Shown here: one piece after another, positions 40,515 to 53,800 of the stretch
Layout of the letters: each line of letters begins with the position of its first letter
How positions within the stretch are numbered: the stretch's first letter is position 1
Source: Paraphysomonas bandaiensis
Lineage: Eukaryota; Protista; Chrysophyceae
Direction of reading: 5' to 3'
Assembly (NCBI GenBank): GCA_965644295.1
Contig: CBFFRP010000146.1
Location: 310,001-374,000 of the forward strand
DNA: 64,000 nt
Position numbers and translations under genes: made by a program
The notes under the pieces: model-generated
Databases searched by the model: none
What the model was told of the DNA's origin: nothing
What the model saw: only the letters and a program-made list of their open reading frames with translations

Positions 40515-43035
40515 CTAATCCATATAAATCGTAGTATCAACAATTTTTAATTTTACAAGAAGCTGTCCTTTATCTTCGCCTCTCTCGTCCAGACGTACGT
40601 CGTGTTCCACTTCATCTCCAATACCTTTCTTCATTGCTGCAAATACAATATTAAGATAAAAATCTAACACAAAAATTAAACTCACCATCAAAATTAAAAT
40701 TCGTCGCTCCAAGTCTAACATCTTTTCTACCTCTAACTTCTTCATACACAGATACCTGTCTCCAATTTTCATACATGCAAACAGTAACAGAGCGCCACAA
40801 CGGATTACCTCGATAGACCCTAAGTCTAGGGTCTCCGCTGTGATGTCTATAACCACAGCACTCAGATCCTTTCCTTCCCATACATAAGTTCGCTGTTCCT
40901 CATCTTCCAGGGGAAGAACGCTGGTTGACCGCTGCTGATCATCCCCTGAAAACCCCATAGAGAACCCCAGATACGCAGGAATAGACTGAAATGTTACAAT
41001 CATCATTATAAAGAGCTAAAAATATTATCGATTTGAAACCTGGAAAAGTGGGATATCTTCTTCGTCATCACCTTCAGGTGCATTAAACTGTACATATGCA
41101 CTGGTAATAACAAGTTTTCCCTGAATCTACACGTTATAAAAGCAACCACTCAATTTTTCCTCTCACCGTTTCAAACCCTTGTTCGACAATGTCTGCATTC
41201 CTATTGGTCTTAAACCTAGAGTCTATCCGTGACACAGTGCGTAAAGCCTTTTTCTGTATGGGGGACTGAGACATTGTTTTGCTTAGTTTCCATATGCTGT
41301 CCTTGCGTGAGAGTGAGATCTGTGAAGTTACAGTTTTAGCGGGCTTTCTCTCTGCCACAAGCGTTTTCTGCTGCCTTTCCGATCGCAGTGCCTCCATCTA
41401 TATTCGATTAGTTTGAGCTCAAGGAGCGTATATTATAGTAGTAGCACCCGTACCTCTGCACCAGCCGTGTCCCATTTTTTATCTTCCTCAGCGAGACGCG
41501 CAACACGTGCTTCCTCCTCCTCTCGTTTTTGCCGTGCTTTCTGGAAATGTAGATATATCAATATATTACAATACAAATTCGTTAGAAATAACCTCCTGCT
41601 GTTTTTCAGCTGCTTCCGCAAGAATTCTAGCTTGCTCTTCTTCGATTAATTTCTGTCGCTCCTCAGCCTCCTCAGCACGCTTAGCAGCAACAGCTGCATT
41701 CCACTATCCGACAGTCAAGTTAGACTCTGCTGGCGGTAAACTATGTCCCCAATCTACCTGTTGTCGCTTTTTCTCGACTAGCATCTCTCGTTCCTTCTCA
41801 ATCAATGAAACACCAATACCCATTTCTTGGGATTCAAACACATTCTCATCATATTTTGAGGTAGGTTTGGCAGCTGCTGGGATATAGGGTGCGTGCCATG
41901 CCTTCATCTCTCCTGTTGCCCGACCACCAGCAAACCCAAGTGCCGGTCGACCTTTCGTACGATAAGTATCCGCCCAGTAGTCATACCGTATTTCATGGTC
42001 CATCGGAATTGAGAAGTGAGCGAGGTCGTATATCAAAGGCAGGTGCCGCATAACTTTAAAAGATGCCAGAGACGAAAAGTCAATCTAATAAACAAAAGTC
42101 AGAAAAGGGCAAAACAATAAATATTTCATTGACAAGTATGACGGCCTAGTCCCTTACATTTCGTTCCCGTGGATGGATTTCATCGTGACATCGACATCGA
42201 TATGTCCATTTCTCAATATGCCATAAAATAGTCACCTTTGGTCGATCTGAGTTCCCAATACGCAGTGTTTTATCATGGAGCTCAACTTGTACGCCATCGT
42301 GCAAGTCTACAAATGTTTTACTAAACTACAGCACATAGGAAGTACACTTTACCTTTCTTATGACAAACGACATGATTATTTCGCATTAGGACTTCCACTG
42401 GGTCTGATCCCCGAACCAATTCTCCATCCTCATTTCGCACAGGGTATGTAATATGGCCAACGCCATACATCTTACCTCTCTTGAATTCCCCTTCCCTATA
42501 GCCAAATGAATTATAATTAATAATAACAGTATACTCAAATGGAAATTACGCACCAAACAGTTTTGTCGTCAAATACAAATACACCCGTTCCGTGCATGAC
42601 CCCCATGTCGTAGTGGCCACTGTATACAACAGTGTCCTCGAAACGAAGTTCACCATGACCGTGTGGTGTCCACGTCCCACAGACTTTGATATTGTCTCCG
42701 TAATACATTGGACACCCTGGTGGTTCGATCTTTCTAAACTGTCTATCAAAATCAAAATAATGATTCGTTTTGTATGCCTTTTCGGCTGCAGCGGCTGCCA
42801 TTTCTCTAGCTCGACGCTCTTCATTTTCTTTATCAATTTGCTTTTGTCGCTCCGCTTCTCTAGCTTCATCCTATATAAACAAATAATCTTTATTCAATTT
42901 CAATTAAAAACTAATAACCTCAAGTTGTTTTCTTTTGGCAAGTTTAGCACGTGTTGCAGCGATCTCTTTAATGTGTGTCATGTCTTTTTTTTTTCTATTA
43001 GATTGTTTGTTTCGAAGTATTTCAGCTAATGACAT
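40515..43035 (-). CDS. MORN-repeat and coiled-coil protein, multi-exon
   Basis: MSLAEILRNK..., PHGHGELRF..VYSGHYDMGVMHGTGVF, GEFKRGKMYGVG, and several ~50-bp GT-AG introns. Exon boundaries are approximate. Confidence 0.7.
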
Positions 43036-43791
43036 GAGACTCTATTAATATAATAATGAGAGTTATGTATTGATTACTACTCGATTATTTGTATTGTTAT
43101 TGCTACTGATTGATATGTATGTATGTATGTACGTGTGTGTGTATGGTATTAATGGAGGGGGATGATGTGTATAGCATTGTTAGTTATCTTATATAAGCAT
43201 AGTAATGGTAGAATAAACGGGTTGTAAAATGCTTCGTAGATGATGAGCTTAAGGATGCAGTGTGATTCTGAAGATGTGTTGCTTAGTAGAGTGCGTGTAC
43301 AGAGAACTTCAGTGACTGTTACGCTCATATGCTCATAGCTATGTATAGTGTACTTCTCTGTACAGATACATGTATGTACTGCTGTACATGCTAGTGCTGT
43401 GCATATATATAGTACCTTCTTTTGCTGTATATTATCAGCATTTATTATTATAAAAATAAATGGTTTTTAGTTTTAGGGGTTTATTAGAGGGAAAAATGTA
43501 AAGAGAAACTCGAAAATTGCCTATTTTCTAAACTACTACATGATGTATTCTATGTATTCCTAGACCTGTCTGGTGTGGCCGAAGTGGTCATGTAACTTAC
43601 AACACATACACTCCATATATGACTGTATATATACATATGATTGAGTATTAAACACACATACTCTGCGTTAATATAATTGTCACAGTACTCTGACGAATGT
43701 ACACCATCACGTCATTTGTATTTCACCACTATTCCGTTAAGGCATTGTCGTATTAGTCTTGTGAGGTCACACAACCCATACAACGACTGAA

Positions 43792-44277
43792 ATGTTCAGA
43801 GCAAAGGTTGCTAATCACTCTTCTTCTGGTACAGATTCTACGGACTCTCCAATAGTCATCAGCTCACTTGTTTACAATGCTCCTGTGTCGCCAACACTGA
43901 CATTTCGTAAACAACACGAGAAAACGTACCATACAATCAAACAAGACTTGAAAAAAGTCGTCTCTCCCTGCCAGAAAGTGTCATCTGATAACATGAAAGT
44001 AATATCTAAGAAGCACCCTCGTAGAAAGGTTGTTTCGGACGAGTATTCTGGCGTCAGTTTTGAGCATACTCTGTACACTCCTCCGGTAAGTCAAGAGTTT
44101 TCCCTCTCACCCAACCGTACAAAAATTAGTCCGTCCGAGTTAATATTATTGCGAGAGAAACATGCGACTCGGACGCGCCAAGTTGAATTACATGCCTCCG
44201 CTGTTAGTTTGCCCTCTGGGGAGTACTCGAACAATGCACAGAGGCGGAAGCCGTTTAGACCGGTGTTGCCGCATTAG
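43792..44277 (+). CDS. Hypothetical S/P-rich protein
   Basis: 161-aa ATG ORF in divergent orientation to the MORN gene. No recognisable domain. Confidence 0.45.
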   Translation: MFRAKVANHSSSGTDSTDSPIVISSLVYNAPVSPTLTFRKQHEKTYHTIKQDLKKVVSPCQKVSSDNMKVISKKHPRRKVVSDEYSGVSFEHTLYTPPVSQEFSLSPNRTKISPSELILLREKHATRTRQVELHASAVSLPSGEYSNNAQRRKPFRPVLPH

Positions 44278-44921
44278 TCCAGCGTAAGATATCAATGTTG
44301 GTGAATATATATTGTGAATAATTGATATCGAATGCTGTTTATAGCATGAATAGTGCGTAGACTTACTTAAATGCAGGTTGTCGTATAGTTGCTTGTTACA
44401 TTGTACTGTATAAGGCTCGTTAATATACATTGTATCTTCCAATCCTGGGGTGCTATCCCCACGTGAGATTGTTATTAGGCTTTCTTCTTAAGAATACAGT
44501 TTTGGTAAGAGTAATTATTCCACGAAGCCTTTAGATTGCGAAATAAAATATAAACTGATTGTCAAGGATACAATACCAAGCTACTTTTAGTCAAAAATAT
44601 TTTGGTTAGTCACTGCACTCCATGTGCTTCCCGAAGTCTTGAAAGAAATTGACATATTCGTTTTCTCGATTCGTAACTTTTGCGCTTCTATCCTACCTTT
44701 ACACCACATTGACGCAATAAGAAAATCGCTAGGATTACTGTATATAATTGAATAGCCAATCGTGGCAAGGGTAGTCATGACCGATTATTATAATCTGCAT
44801 GTGGCGGTATATACACACTGAAACACTCATTCTAGACGTCACTATAATAACATAAAATGAAACGATATTAAATGCTCCCTAATATCCTAACTCGTTAAAA
44901 TTGGCTCACAAGAGAACAATA

Positions 44922-45776
44922 TTATGTCGTAGATCCCACCATCGAGGCAAGTTTTGTTTCATTTTTGCGGAAAGTCGATATCACTTGCTCGGTATCTTTG
45001 CCGAACTTTTTGGAAAAGTACAAGGGTTCTAAAACACAGACATTAACAAACGTTTCACTGTACGCTCTATACAATGCTGCACTCAGTAACGAAAACACGG
45101 ATATGTATACATGTATCATACATTCACGTAACTCTTTCATGAATTCATGAATGCGTACCTTTTGGTTTGGGAACTTTACATTCTGAATGCTGTTTGCTGG
45201 ATTTCCTAGATAGTGACCTAAAACCACATACCATGAATGTAAATAGTAGAATGTATATCATCATAGGGCGGAACTTACTTTTTGGGGCTTGGGTGAACTA
45301 TGTGGTCGATGCTACAACGGACGGTTATGATTACTAGAGCAGTAGAATTACAATGTTACCTTGCTCTATTTCTAGGGCGCACAGTAGTGGAGACAGTTGA
45401 TTGAACAATGGGCTCTTGATTGCCATATGTGGTGGATTTGTATGCGTTCTCGATGTGCTTGTTCAAATTAGGATTTTTTTCTCCAGTTGCGTAGAAAAAT
45501 CGCGAGTCCTGCGAATCACCTCTACATAGTATACGACAGTCAATAACAGGGATATATATATATATACATATCATACCTGGCCGGATCGACATGCACATGA
45601 ACCATCTCTGGCAAATGTACAGGCTCTAGAAGAAGTGATGATTTCCCATCTGTAGGATGAATACATTTTATATTATTCTAACTTTTAATCAGTTCATGCT
45701 GTGAACCTTTAATTAGTTTCGATGAGCCATTAGATGAACGAATCGTCATCACATCCAGATATCTATGCTGTGACAT
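44922..45776 (-). CDS. Hypothetical multi-exon gene
   Basis: Coding-like exons separated by GT-AG introns (MSQHRYLD...|DGKSSLLLEP...|GDSQDSRFFYATGEKNP). One internal exon has a TAG unless spliced differently. The 3' end is uncertain. Confidence 0.45.
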
Positions 45777-46313
45777 TTCAGGATGAAGTAAAATTCACAA
45801 GATATGATGTCAATATAAATACAGAAGTAGCAGGTTTAGTTAATATGCCTACTCTGTCCATATATATATATATGTATATGTATATGTATCGTGTGTGAGT
45901 AATCATAGAGAGAAACTGCCTACCGGTAGGCCCGTACACGGTGCTATGATATCTGGTGATGATGATGTATTACTACACCTCAAGGGTTTATACAGCAGTA
46001 TATACAGCAGTATACTGGTGCGTGAGGATTTGGGGATAAGTACGTGGTAAAAGATATCCTACGATCTCAAGCTTAGAAAACCTCAGATTTTAATGTAGAA
46101 TAGTAGGGGTTTCTAGATCTAGTTTGGGTGTATGGGAATAGAATATATGGCTAGAGCAAGAACTACTAGTGCACCATGTGTATATCTCCCAGTTTCCCTT
46201 GTAATCCTTAGATCTAATAAGAAACTCTACTAGATCATTGAGTAGAGAATATATCATCCTCTCCTGAGAATTCATTCTCTTAGAAGATCATATCTCTTCT
46301 TATATCACACAAG

Positions 46314-47360
46314 ATGCCATCATATAATAACTGGAATACATATCATAACAGTTTATGGAATATTCATAAACAATCAACTGAAAGTGTCGACATGTGTGAT
46401 GTCGGGACCTTCTCACCAGAATCTCAAGAGATTCCTAACTGTAAAAGGCTCCAGTTTAATGGTGAAGACCCTTTCATGGGTTCTATAGATGATTATATGG
46501 CATCTATGACTGACAAGTGTGATAAGGTTAATATGATAGATGATATGAATACATATGCCTCCACCCCATCTCATTATTCGCCTACTAAGAAGGCTCGCAC
46601 CGACTCCAATCACATAACTCCTCTGACACGAACTAGCTTTGATTTTATACCCTCGGAAACAGTCGGATTCTGTTCCGATGTGAGAGATTTCCAACTAAAG
46701 CATGTCTACAAGACTATTTCTGGGACATATCGTGTACAAATCAGCCGCGGCTGCAAATCCAACCCCAATAAGAAGTTTAGTCGTAATGCTCGAGTTGAAG
46801 AGGATGCGCTATGGCTTTGCGAGTGTGCGCTGATTCTCATCGACCAACCGGGGACGTTCAAAGACTTGCTTCGGAACAGCAACTACTATTACCTTGTTGA
46901 CAAACAAATTGTTATGTCTGCTGAGGACTTTATCCAGAAACTTGTAGAAAATATGAGAGATCTTTCTGCACGTGGCCTGCTGTCCATGGTCGAGGCGGAA
47001 AGACTCGCGCCCCTTCTCCAAACGCTAGTTTCTGGTGCTAGCATAGGGGCGTCGAATTCTCTCAGGCGATTGGACCGACCAAATTTTTCCCTTACCACTT
47101 TATATTATGATGATGACATCAAAGAAACTTCTGGACAACAGTATTTTCACTCATTTACTCGCGGTAGAAGCCCTACATCTGGTTCGGACTTCCCACGCTC
47201 TCCGTGCCAGGAATGGCAAGATGTGGTGCAGACTACCACTTTTGCCATACGTCCGAAAAGCCCTGAATTATCAAAGAAAGCCGAAAATGTCGAGTCGATG
47301 AGCCTCACTTCTACTACTCATCAGACTTGTGTCCAGCAGGCGGCTATGTCGATTCTCTGA
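46314..47360 (+). CDS. Putative transcription factor with a divergent AP2-like DNA-binding domain
   Basis: HVYKTISGTYRVQI...KFSRNARVEEDALWLCECAL has the three-strand + helix AP2 pattern, plus an NLS-like PTKKAR. Confidence 0.55.
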   Translation: MPSYNNWNTYHNSLWNIHKQSTESVDMCDVGTFSPESQEIPNCKRLQFNGEDPFMGSIDDYMASMTDKCDKVNMIDDMNTYASTPSHYSPTKKARTDSNHITPLTRTSFDFIPSETVGFCSDVRDFQLKHVYKTISGTYRVQISRGCKSNPNKKFSRNARVEEDALWLCECALILIDQPGTFKDLLRNSNYYYLVDKQIVMSAEDFIQKLVENMRDLSARGLLSMVEAERLAPLLQTLVSGASIGASNSLRRLDRPNFSLTTLYYDDDIKETSGQQYFHSFTRGRSPTSGSDFPRSPCQEWQDVVQTTTFAIRPKSPELSKKAENVESMSLTSTTHQTCVQQAAMSIL

Positions 47361-47889
47361 TACATTACGCAGACTAATGTAGCTGAGTAGGATATCTGAT
47401 ATGTCAAACGCGTGGCTTCGAAAATATGTTCTTCTTTCTCTGGTGGTTTGCGCCACCTGGGATGTTTTTTACCTTCCTTGTTTTATATACAATTCATAAA
47501 GTCAAATAGACGGGGGAAAGGCTATGTGACCCTGTTACTTATATTATTATCGTGAGTGCTGTTTTACATCCGAGAGGTTGTCCTGTGCAACCTCAATGCT
47601 TTCATATTTTTGGTGTTTTTTTTAGTTTTATGAACATTACATTGTATAACTATCATGCGTGTCTGTTATACTTTTTATGGTATATGTGTGCTACACTTTC
47701 TGTGGGGTTTTATATGTCTAAATTGAATTCTTCATGGGTATAAGAAAATGTGCGAAATGTTTTTCAATATTATATTCATATATATCTACATAGTAACTTA
47801 AAACGTTTTTTACATAAGAGAAACTGGAGGAGCTTTCTACTGTTTGTTTGGTGCTTGACTACAGCAGTGAATGTATTATTATTAGGAAT

Positions 47890-48252
47890 AGACGTCTAAG
47901 AGTCAGTCCTTTTCTCTGATATCCTATTATTTCGCGCTACGAAAGCTGCTTTTACATCGAAAGCACCACTAGGTGCAACCACTTTCGCTCTATTACTCAA
48001 AGCAAACGCAGTGAACAAGCAGAATGTTGATTAAGGTGAACAGCCCGGATGCTTGACTTCAGTAGGCAGTGTCAAGTTTTGACACAATTGACACAATTGG
48101 ATGATTTACTAAGTTAACTGGACGTTTATTTACTCAACAGGCAGCCCGATATCCCGGATGCCCTTGACGTGGGTTCATTTCCGGATGCCTGTTATTAGTG
48201 TCAAGACTCAAAGACGTCTACACAAGTGACACTTACTACTTACTAGTGTCCC
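47890..48252 (-). mobile_element. Repeat S copy interrupted by the LINE (continues at 60602-60680)
   Basis: Continuous with 60614 onward once the TSD is removed. An uninterrupted version sits inverted at 61110-61460. Confidence 0.9.
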
Positions 48253-48321
48253 ATCTCTCTCTCTTCGGGTAAAAACACAGTTCAACAAAAAGTTATACCT
48301 TTTTAGCTCGCTCCAAGCTCA

Positions 48322-50805
48322 ATGTCTTTATTGAGACCGTGGTTGTGTCCCATCAGCGGGTCCGGGCTCAGACTGTTCCCTTCTCTCCAAGCAGGGCAAC
48401 ATTTTGAAACACACCACACTGCCGACAAACATCTTGTCTTACCATGTTGTACATGCTCCCCGTTAGATAACGTGGCTTTGCAACCTTTCCCTTCACTAAC
48501 GCCATCAGTTAAACTAAGTGCCTGCACCACTACAGCGCTGTCAGTCCCTATTGGACATTTCCCTTGTAGATGTATCTGCACCACACTCCGTTCTCTACGG
48601 TTACAACCACTCATCGCATGGCTCGTGCGGGTAGGCACTAGGAAAAGGTGCACTTGTTCATTCCCTAACACCTTTGTTCTCCATCGACCCCGCTACCTTG
48701 TAAGACAGGACCATTTCTTGGCGACCGCACAAACCCACTCCACATGGACAATCTATGGTGCACTCACCAAGCAATCCTCCACCTCTCACGGCTTACCTAT
48801 CATTCCTATAGTCTACACATCTCATTGGATGACTACTATACTTTCTACGTGGTATGCGCGAATACAGTCGCTCTACACAGTATACAGCGTATCAAGCTGT
48901 ACTCTCCCAGTCAACCTCGTCGACTACACAACACGCTATCACCACCGCATTTACCACTTATATGTGCACCTCTTATATAACCACCCTTTGGAAGCATATT
49001 TAATCAATACGTACTCCTTACAAAAACCACCTGATACAATGCAACGTGGAGCCACTCCCTCTACCAAACGAACTTACACCTCGAAGTTTGTTCTCCCTCC
49101 CTCCCATCAACTGATGGACAATGATGCGCATGTTAAGAACGCCCTATCGGATTTCAAGAAATCCAAAGCCGACGTGCCCAGACTTCAGCTTCCATCTACT
49201 CGCACGTTCTTGGAATGGAGCAGCTTCGAACCAGCCATGGAATACCGAACTCTAGTGGTCAGCAACCTGAAAATGACAGACGATACGGCGTTCTTTGGAA
49301 TCATACATTATCTAATCAATGAATTGGGGTTTCCAATTTCACTCCCTACCCCGCAAGACCTCGCTACTTTCAGGGCAGCCGAGGATGCGCGAACTTGCTC
49401 AGATTTACCGGCTCCTACGGCGAGCAGAGTAATACGAGCATTCGCCCTTGGCAGACCTGGGTACGAGGTCAGGCCGGGTATGGGACAGAATGTCGCTGCT
49501 GATTCATGCATGCTCTCAGCGCCTCTCTGTTTTGATCTACATATTGAAACTGGCACCTCAGTTGACGACAAAGGGCGTCAACGGACAGAAAGTCGACACG
49601 TTCAGTTGTCACTGTTTCAAACCCCAAGAGAACAATTCGTCGATCGCTCCATAGAGGAACCAACTCTGGTACCCGTTGCTGCGATATATGGTATGACTGC
49701 TGATTCGGCCAGCACCAGGCCTGCACACGCCTACAGATTGCGGAATATACTGGACATGTTACTTCGCGCAGGAGGCTTTGCCACACTCCCCCCGTACGAA
49801 GTATTTTGGACTTTAACTCATTACAAAGGCAAAACTAGGGCTACAGACAAAACCTATCGCTATTACCAAATTCTCCTACTTCACCACCCTGTTCGAGACC
49901 AAGACTTAAGAACGAAATTTTACAAAGCACTATTCAACAATGAAGTTGGTGGACATGTAGAACTCAGCCTAGGCTCACTGTGTTGCCGAATGACAAGCAG
50001 AGAATCACCCTCGCTTAAGCAATCCAACTGGGCACCGACCCTCTCACTATTTCACATCGCCCTTAAGTCGGAAACACTCCTGCATCCCGTGCAAGTATGG
50101 AAGGCATGTGATGCAATAGGGATCCCTGCTGCGGATATACAAGACATCATATGGTCTGCGCGTAACCCGATCACTACCAACCGCAGGGAAAAAGAACGAT
50201 TAATGGAACAAACTTACATCTGTCTTGACAATAACAATGACAAGATCAAACTCACCTGGGAACTCTCTCGCCCTAGTATTAACACTTGCCTAAAAAGCGC
50301 CCTTGGGGACGAAAACTTACACCTTCTCTATCATACCATACCGATTCCTCCAGATCTTCACTCCCAACGTTTTCTGTATGCTCTGAACGAGGCAATTGAT
50401 ACTGAGGACCACAGTTCCCACCACATATCGCCTCCCATATCCTTCCAGCCCTTTGGTCCAACCACTGTACCACAACAGAGGTCAGCAGCTACTCGTTCCT
50501 CCACACCCAAACGGCAAAGACAGGTAGACATTTCCCCCCCTACCACACCGGCACCGACTCCCACCTGCCCGGAGCTATGCGAAATTGCACTCCACGCGTC
50601 CTCAAATCTAGTTCCACTAACCACGGTACACACCATTCTGTCCCGATTGGAAAACGCGGTAACGGACCTTTACAAGATCGACATAGAGACCACACTCGTA
50701 GTGCTTGATTACTATAAACAAAAAGTCGGCCAATGCCTACCGAAGAGGAATCAGGAAGACTACGAGCGCGATGACTCCGACATATTCGGGTCTGATTCCA
50801 ACTGA
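48322..50805 (+). CDS. LINE ORF1 (gag-like by position, no recognised domain; alternative start ATG 49039)
   Basis: 827-codon open frame starting 69 nt inside the element. Ends at a TGA in frame with ORF2. Confidence 0.75.
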   Translation: MSLLRPWLCPISGSGLRLFPSLQAGQHFETHHTADKHLVLPCCTCSPLDNVALQPFPSLTPSVKLSACTTTALSVPIGHFPCRCICTTLRSLRLQPLIAWLVRVGTRKRCTCSFPNTFVLHRPRYLVRQDHFLATAQTHSTWTIYGALTKQSSTSHGLPIIPIVYTSHWMTTILSTWYARIQSLYTVYSVSSCTLPVNLVDYTTRYHHRIYHLYVHLLYNHPLEAYLINTYSLQKPPDTMQRGATPSTKRTYTSKFVLPPSHQLMDNDAHVKNALSDFKKSKADVPRLQLPSTRTFLEWSSFEPAMEYRTLVVSNLKMTDDTAFFGIIHYLINELGFPISLPTPQDLATFRAAEDARTCSDLPAPTASRVIRAFALGRPGYEVRPGMGQNVAADSCMLSAPLCFDLHIETGTSVDDKGRQRTESRHVQLSLFQTPREQFVDRSIEEPTLVPVAAIYGMTADSASTRPAHAYRLRNILDMLLRAGGFATLPPYEVFWTLTHYKGKTRATDKTYRYYQILLLHHPVRDQDLRTKFYKALFNNEVGGHVELSLGSLCCRMTSRESPSLKQSNWAPTLSLFHIALKSETLLHPVQVWKACDAIGIPAADIQDIIWSARNPITTNRREKERLMEQTYICLDNNNDKIKLTWELSRPSINTCLKSALGDENLHLLYHTIPIPPDLHSQRFLYALNEAIDTEDHSSHHISPPISFQPFGPTTVPQQRSAATRSSTPKRQRQVDISPPTTPAPTPTCPELCEIALHASSNLVPLTTVHTILSRLENAVTDLYKIDIETTLVVLDYYKQKVGQCLPKRNQEDYERDDSDIFGSDSN

Positions 50806-53800
50806 CTTCTACTGGACTGGGACACTTTGGAGGCGAACAGCACTACACAGATATTTAGTTTGCAAGAGGCCCCCAAGTGGTCACCCCCCAGTCCACACCT
50901 ACTAAATCCTCAACACGTACTCACATTCGACATGAAACACACGCCCTTAGACTATCACCTCCGACCACCGCGCAAACCGCCAGACAAATTCCTACGCTCA
51001 TCGAGCAGTGTACATACAACAAGATGGCATCATGGACCAGAATATTCAAGCGACAGTAGTGGGGATGGACCGAGAAAGAGACCTGCCTCTGCTCAGTATA
51101 AGAGAAACAAACTCCGACGACAGAGCTGCACACGAAAACTACAGCAGTATCGTGATGGCACCATCCCATGCCTCCCGCCACATATCCAACGCAGACAGAC
51201 ACGCAGTGCGCTTCGCATGAGTCAATTCAATAAACTCATCTGGAAGGAGCACCTTCGACATAAATCGCAGAAAAGTGAGGCCCCTCCACACCAGCCTGAT
51301 ACCACTCGACCGGCCAGGGATGACATGACTACGAACCAAAGGCCGTCCCCCCATGACATAGTCCCACCGCAATCTACATCCCTCGAAAAGTCCACTCCAC
51401 AAGCCTGCGCAGTGATGTCCTCAACAGATCACAGTGACAGCCCTCTATGCTCACACGAGATTGCAACATCGTATAACCCATCCACCAGCACTTCTACTCC
51501 TCAGGATGGTTCTGGGATAACACAACAAATGTACTCCGCAGAACCGATTGAGACCCCACCAGTGTTCATACCGCATCCAGTACCAGCTGCTTTCCTAGAC
51601 TCCACCCTCCAGGAATGGACGTTCTATTCGCCCAGTGGATTGCTTGCCATTGCTTTGCAGGAAGAGATGGTCAGCAGTGTGACACAACTACTACAGTTGG
51701 GACACGACACTCCCGCTATCCACAGCCACGTGCGTCGCTCACTGGAAGAGGGAAAAATGATTGTAGCACGCCATTATGCGTATTCAGAGTACAACAACAC
51801 TCCTATGGCGGGGTTCTGCGGGCTGGCGGCAATTGCTTCCATTCACTACAAGAGCTCAAATGATAAGCTATACCCGTACCTGGACCCTGATGTTCCAGAC
51901 TCGAAAGATAAACTGCTCCAAGTCATACAGACGAGCAGAGAAGTACTCAACTCATACACAACAGAGGAAGCCAAAAAGCTCAACATTGTGGCCATTTGCA
52001 AGGAGCTCAAACAACTACTCACCACATATCACAGAGCACTTCGTAGGAAGAAACCTACTGCCATCGGAATACCCACAGAGAAATGGGGACATACTGATAC
52101 CATTGCCTTCTTAGCAGAAACCCTGAACATACGGCTCAGAGTATGGCAGGAAGAACCAGAAGTCCTAGGGCACAACTGGGCGTACTGGTCTACCTTTCAC
52201 TCAGCCTTCATTCCCAAGACGCAAGAACGGCCATTTCATGAGGTGTTCTGTTCGGAAGATCATTTCTTCCTAGATACAAAGCTACCAGTAAAACTGGAAC
52301 TCCACACGCTGTTGGACCGACTACCTGAACTTGTATGCGGACGGATACTCCAGGCACTACCACAACAATCTAATGAAGCTCAATGGCATCACCAGAATCA
52401 GGTAGGTACCCATCCTTCGCATAACTGCCAAGGGAAGGCATATTCCTCTGACAATAGTGGTGACGGACCGATACACCACCCCAAGAATAAGGTACCCAAA
52501 CACGCTAAGGAAATTGTACCACCGCGTGCACTCCTCACTGACTATTTCCCTGTCAAATGGAGATCACTTGCTCCCACATCCCCCTCGTTGAATTCTGGCG
52601 ACCCACCAGCACCGGACATAGCAGACTCAGCTCACACGAGTTCTCCCCCAGGCCCCATCCTACACGCTATGGGACAGGATTTCATGCCATTCCACTCTAC
52701 GGTTCTGAACAACTGGGTGGAATACGATGACTTCCACACCATAGCAGTCGCTCCACAGCCAGAACTAGTACAGGAGATACACTCGCAAATGCTGACCCCA
52801 ACTAGGATCGCAAATTGGGATAGCTTCATTGACAAATTCTCCAGGGCAGACAACTACATCTTTATGACCACATTTCCAAAATGTGAACATACGAAGGGTT
52901 CCACGTGCAGCGCACTCCAAATAGCACAGCAGTTGCAGACTTCCATCAAATCCAATGTGGAGTCCCCGCACGACATTTCCAAGCATATCAGAGCACTCTG
53001 CCTGACAAGAGGGGCACCACTTTCCTCCACAAAATCACTTCGGATGAGGTTGCAACAATTTGAACACTCTCAAAGAAATCAACCAGACAGCGAACTGGAT
53101 ATGGACGTGCAGGATTTTCAAATAATACTAGACCTACTATCTATACCATACAGGTTATGGGAAGCTGATCAACCACATCTAGTGTCGGGCTGGGCGCAGC
53201 TAACGCCTTTCTTCCGGCACTCCCTTACAAGGAACCTCACCACGGAAGATGTTACAACCCACGACATCGTCCAAAGCCAACACGGGTTTCACGTTCTTGC
53301 TACGACAGGCACTACTAGCATACCTGGTATCCAGTACCGACTCAACACTGCTCTCGCACGAACCAAACAACGCATTTCCAACTTACTGCAGCACCTGCGT
53401 ACCAGACAAGAAGGCGTCAGGATTGAGGATCCCCCAGATCCACGGCACCTTCAGATAGACACCATCTCGACACAGGCCGAGATACTTGATGTTTCTCTCT
53501 CCGCGAGAGTCCGACGCCACCTTGCACAAAGGTCCCCCAAGGATCATAACCACCTCAGGCAACTCATGTGCGCCATGGGCAGGGTGTATTGTCTAACCCT
53601 AAGACCCTCGGCGGTTAGAACACTACAACAAATACCAAGCGACGGGTACTGTGCATATAGCACCCTTCATTACATCCATGTCCTTGCAGCCAAAGAGAGG
53701 CAAACTCGCTCTTGCTCGAAACTTGACCTCAGGCACCATAGAGACCGTCTTACCCTTGCATCCTTCCTTACGAACCTAAGACACACTGCCTTACATGCGC

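Noticed and set aside
48253-48400. HDV-like or hammerhead ribozyme at the LINE 5' end
   Set aside because: I could not identify the conserved cores by eye. An Infernal/RNArobo search would be needed.
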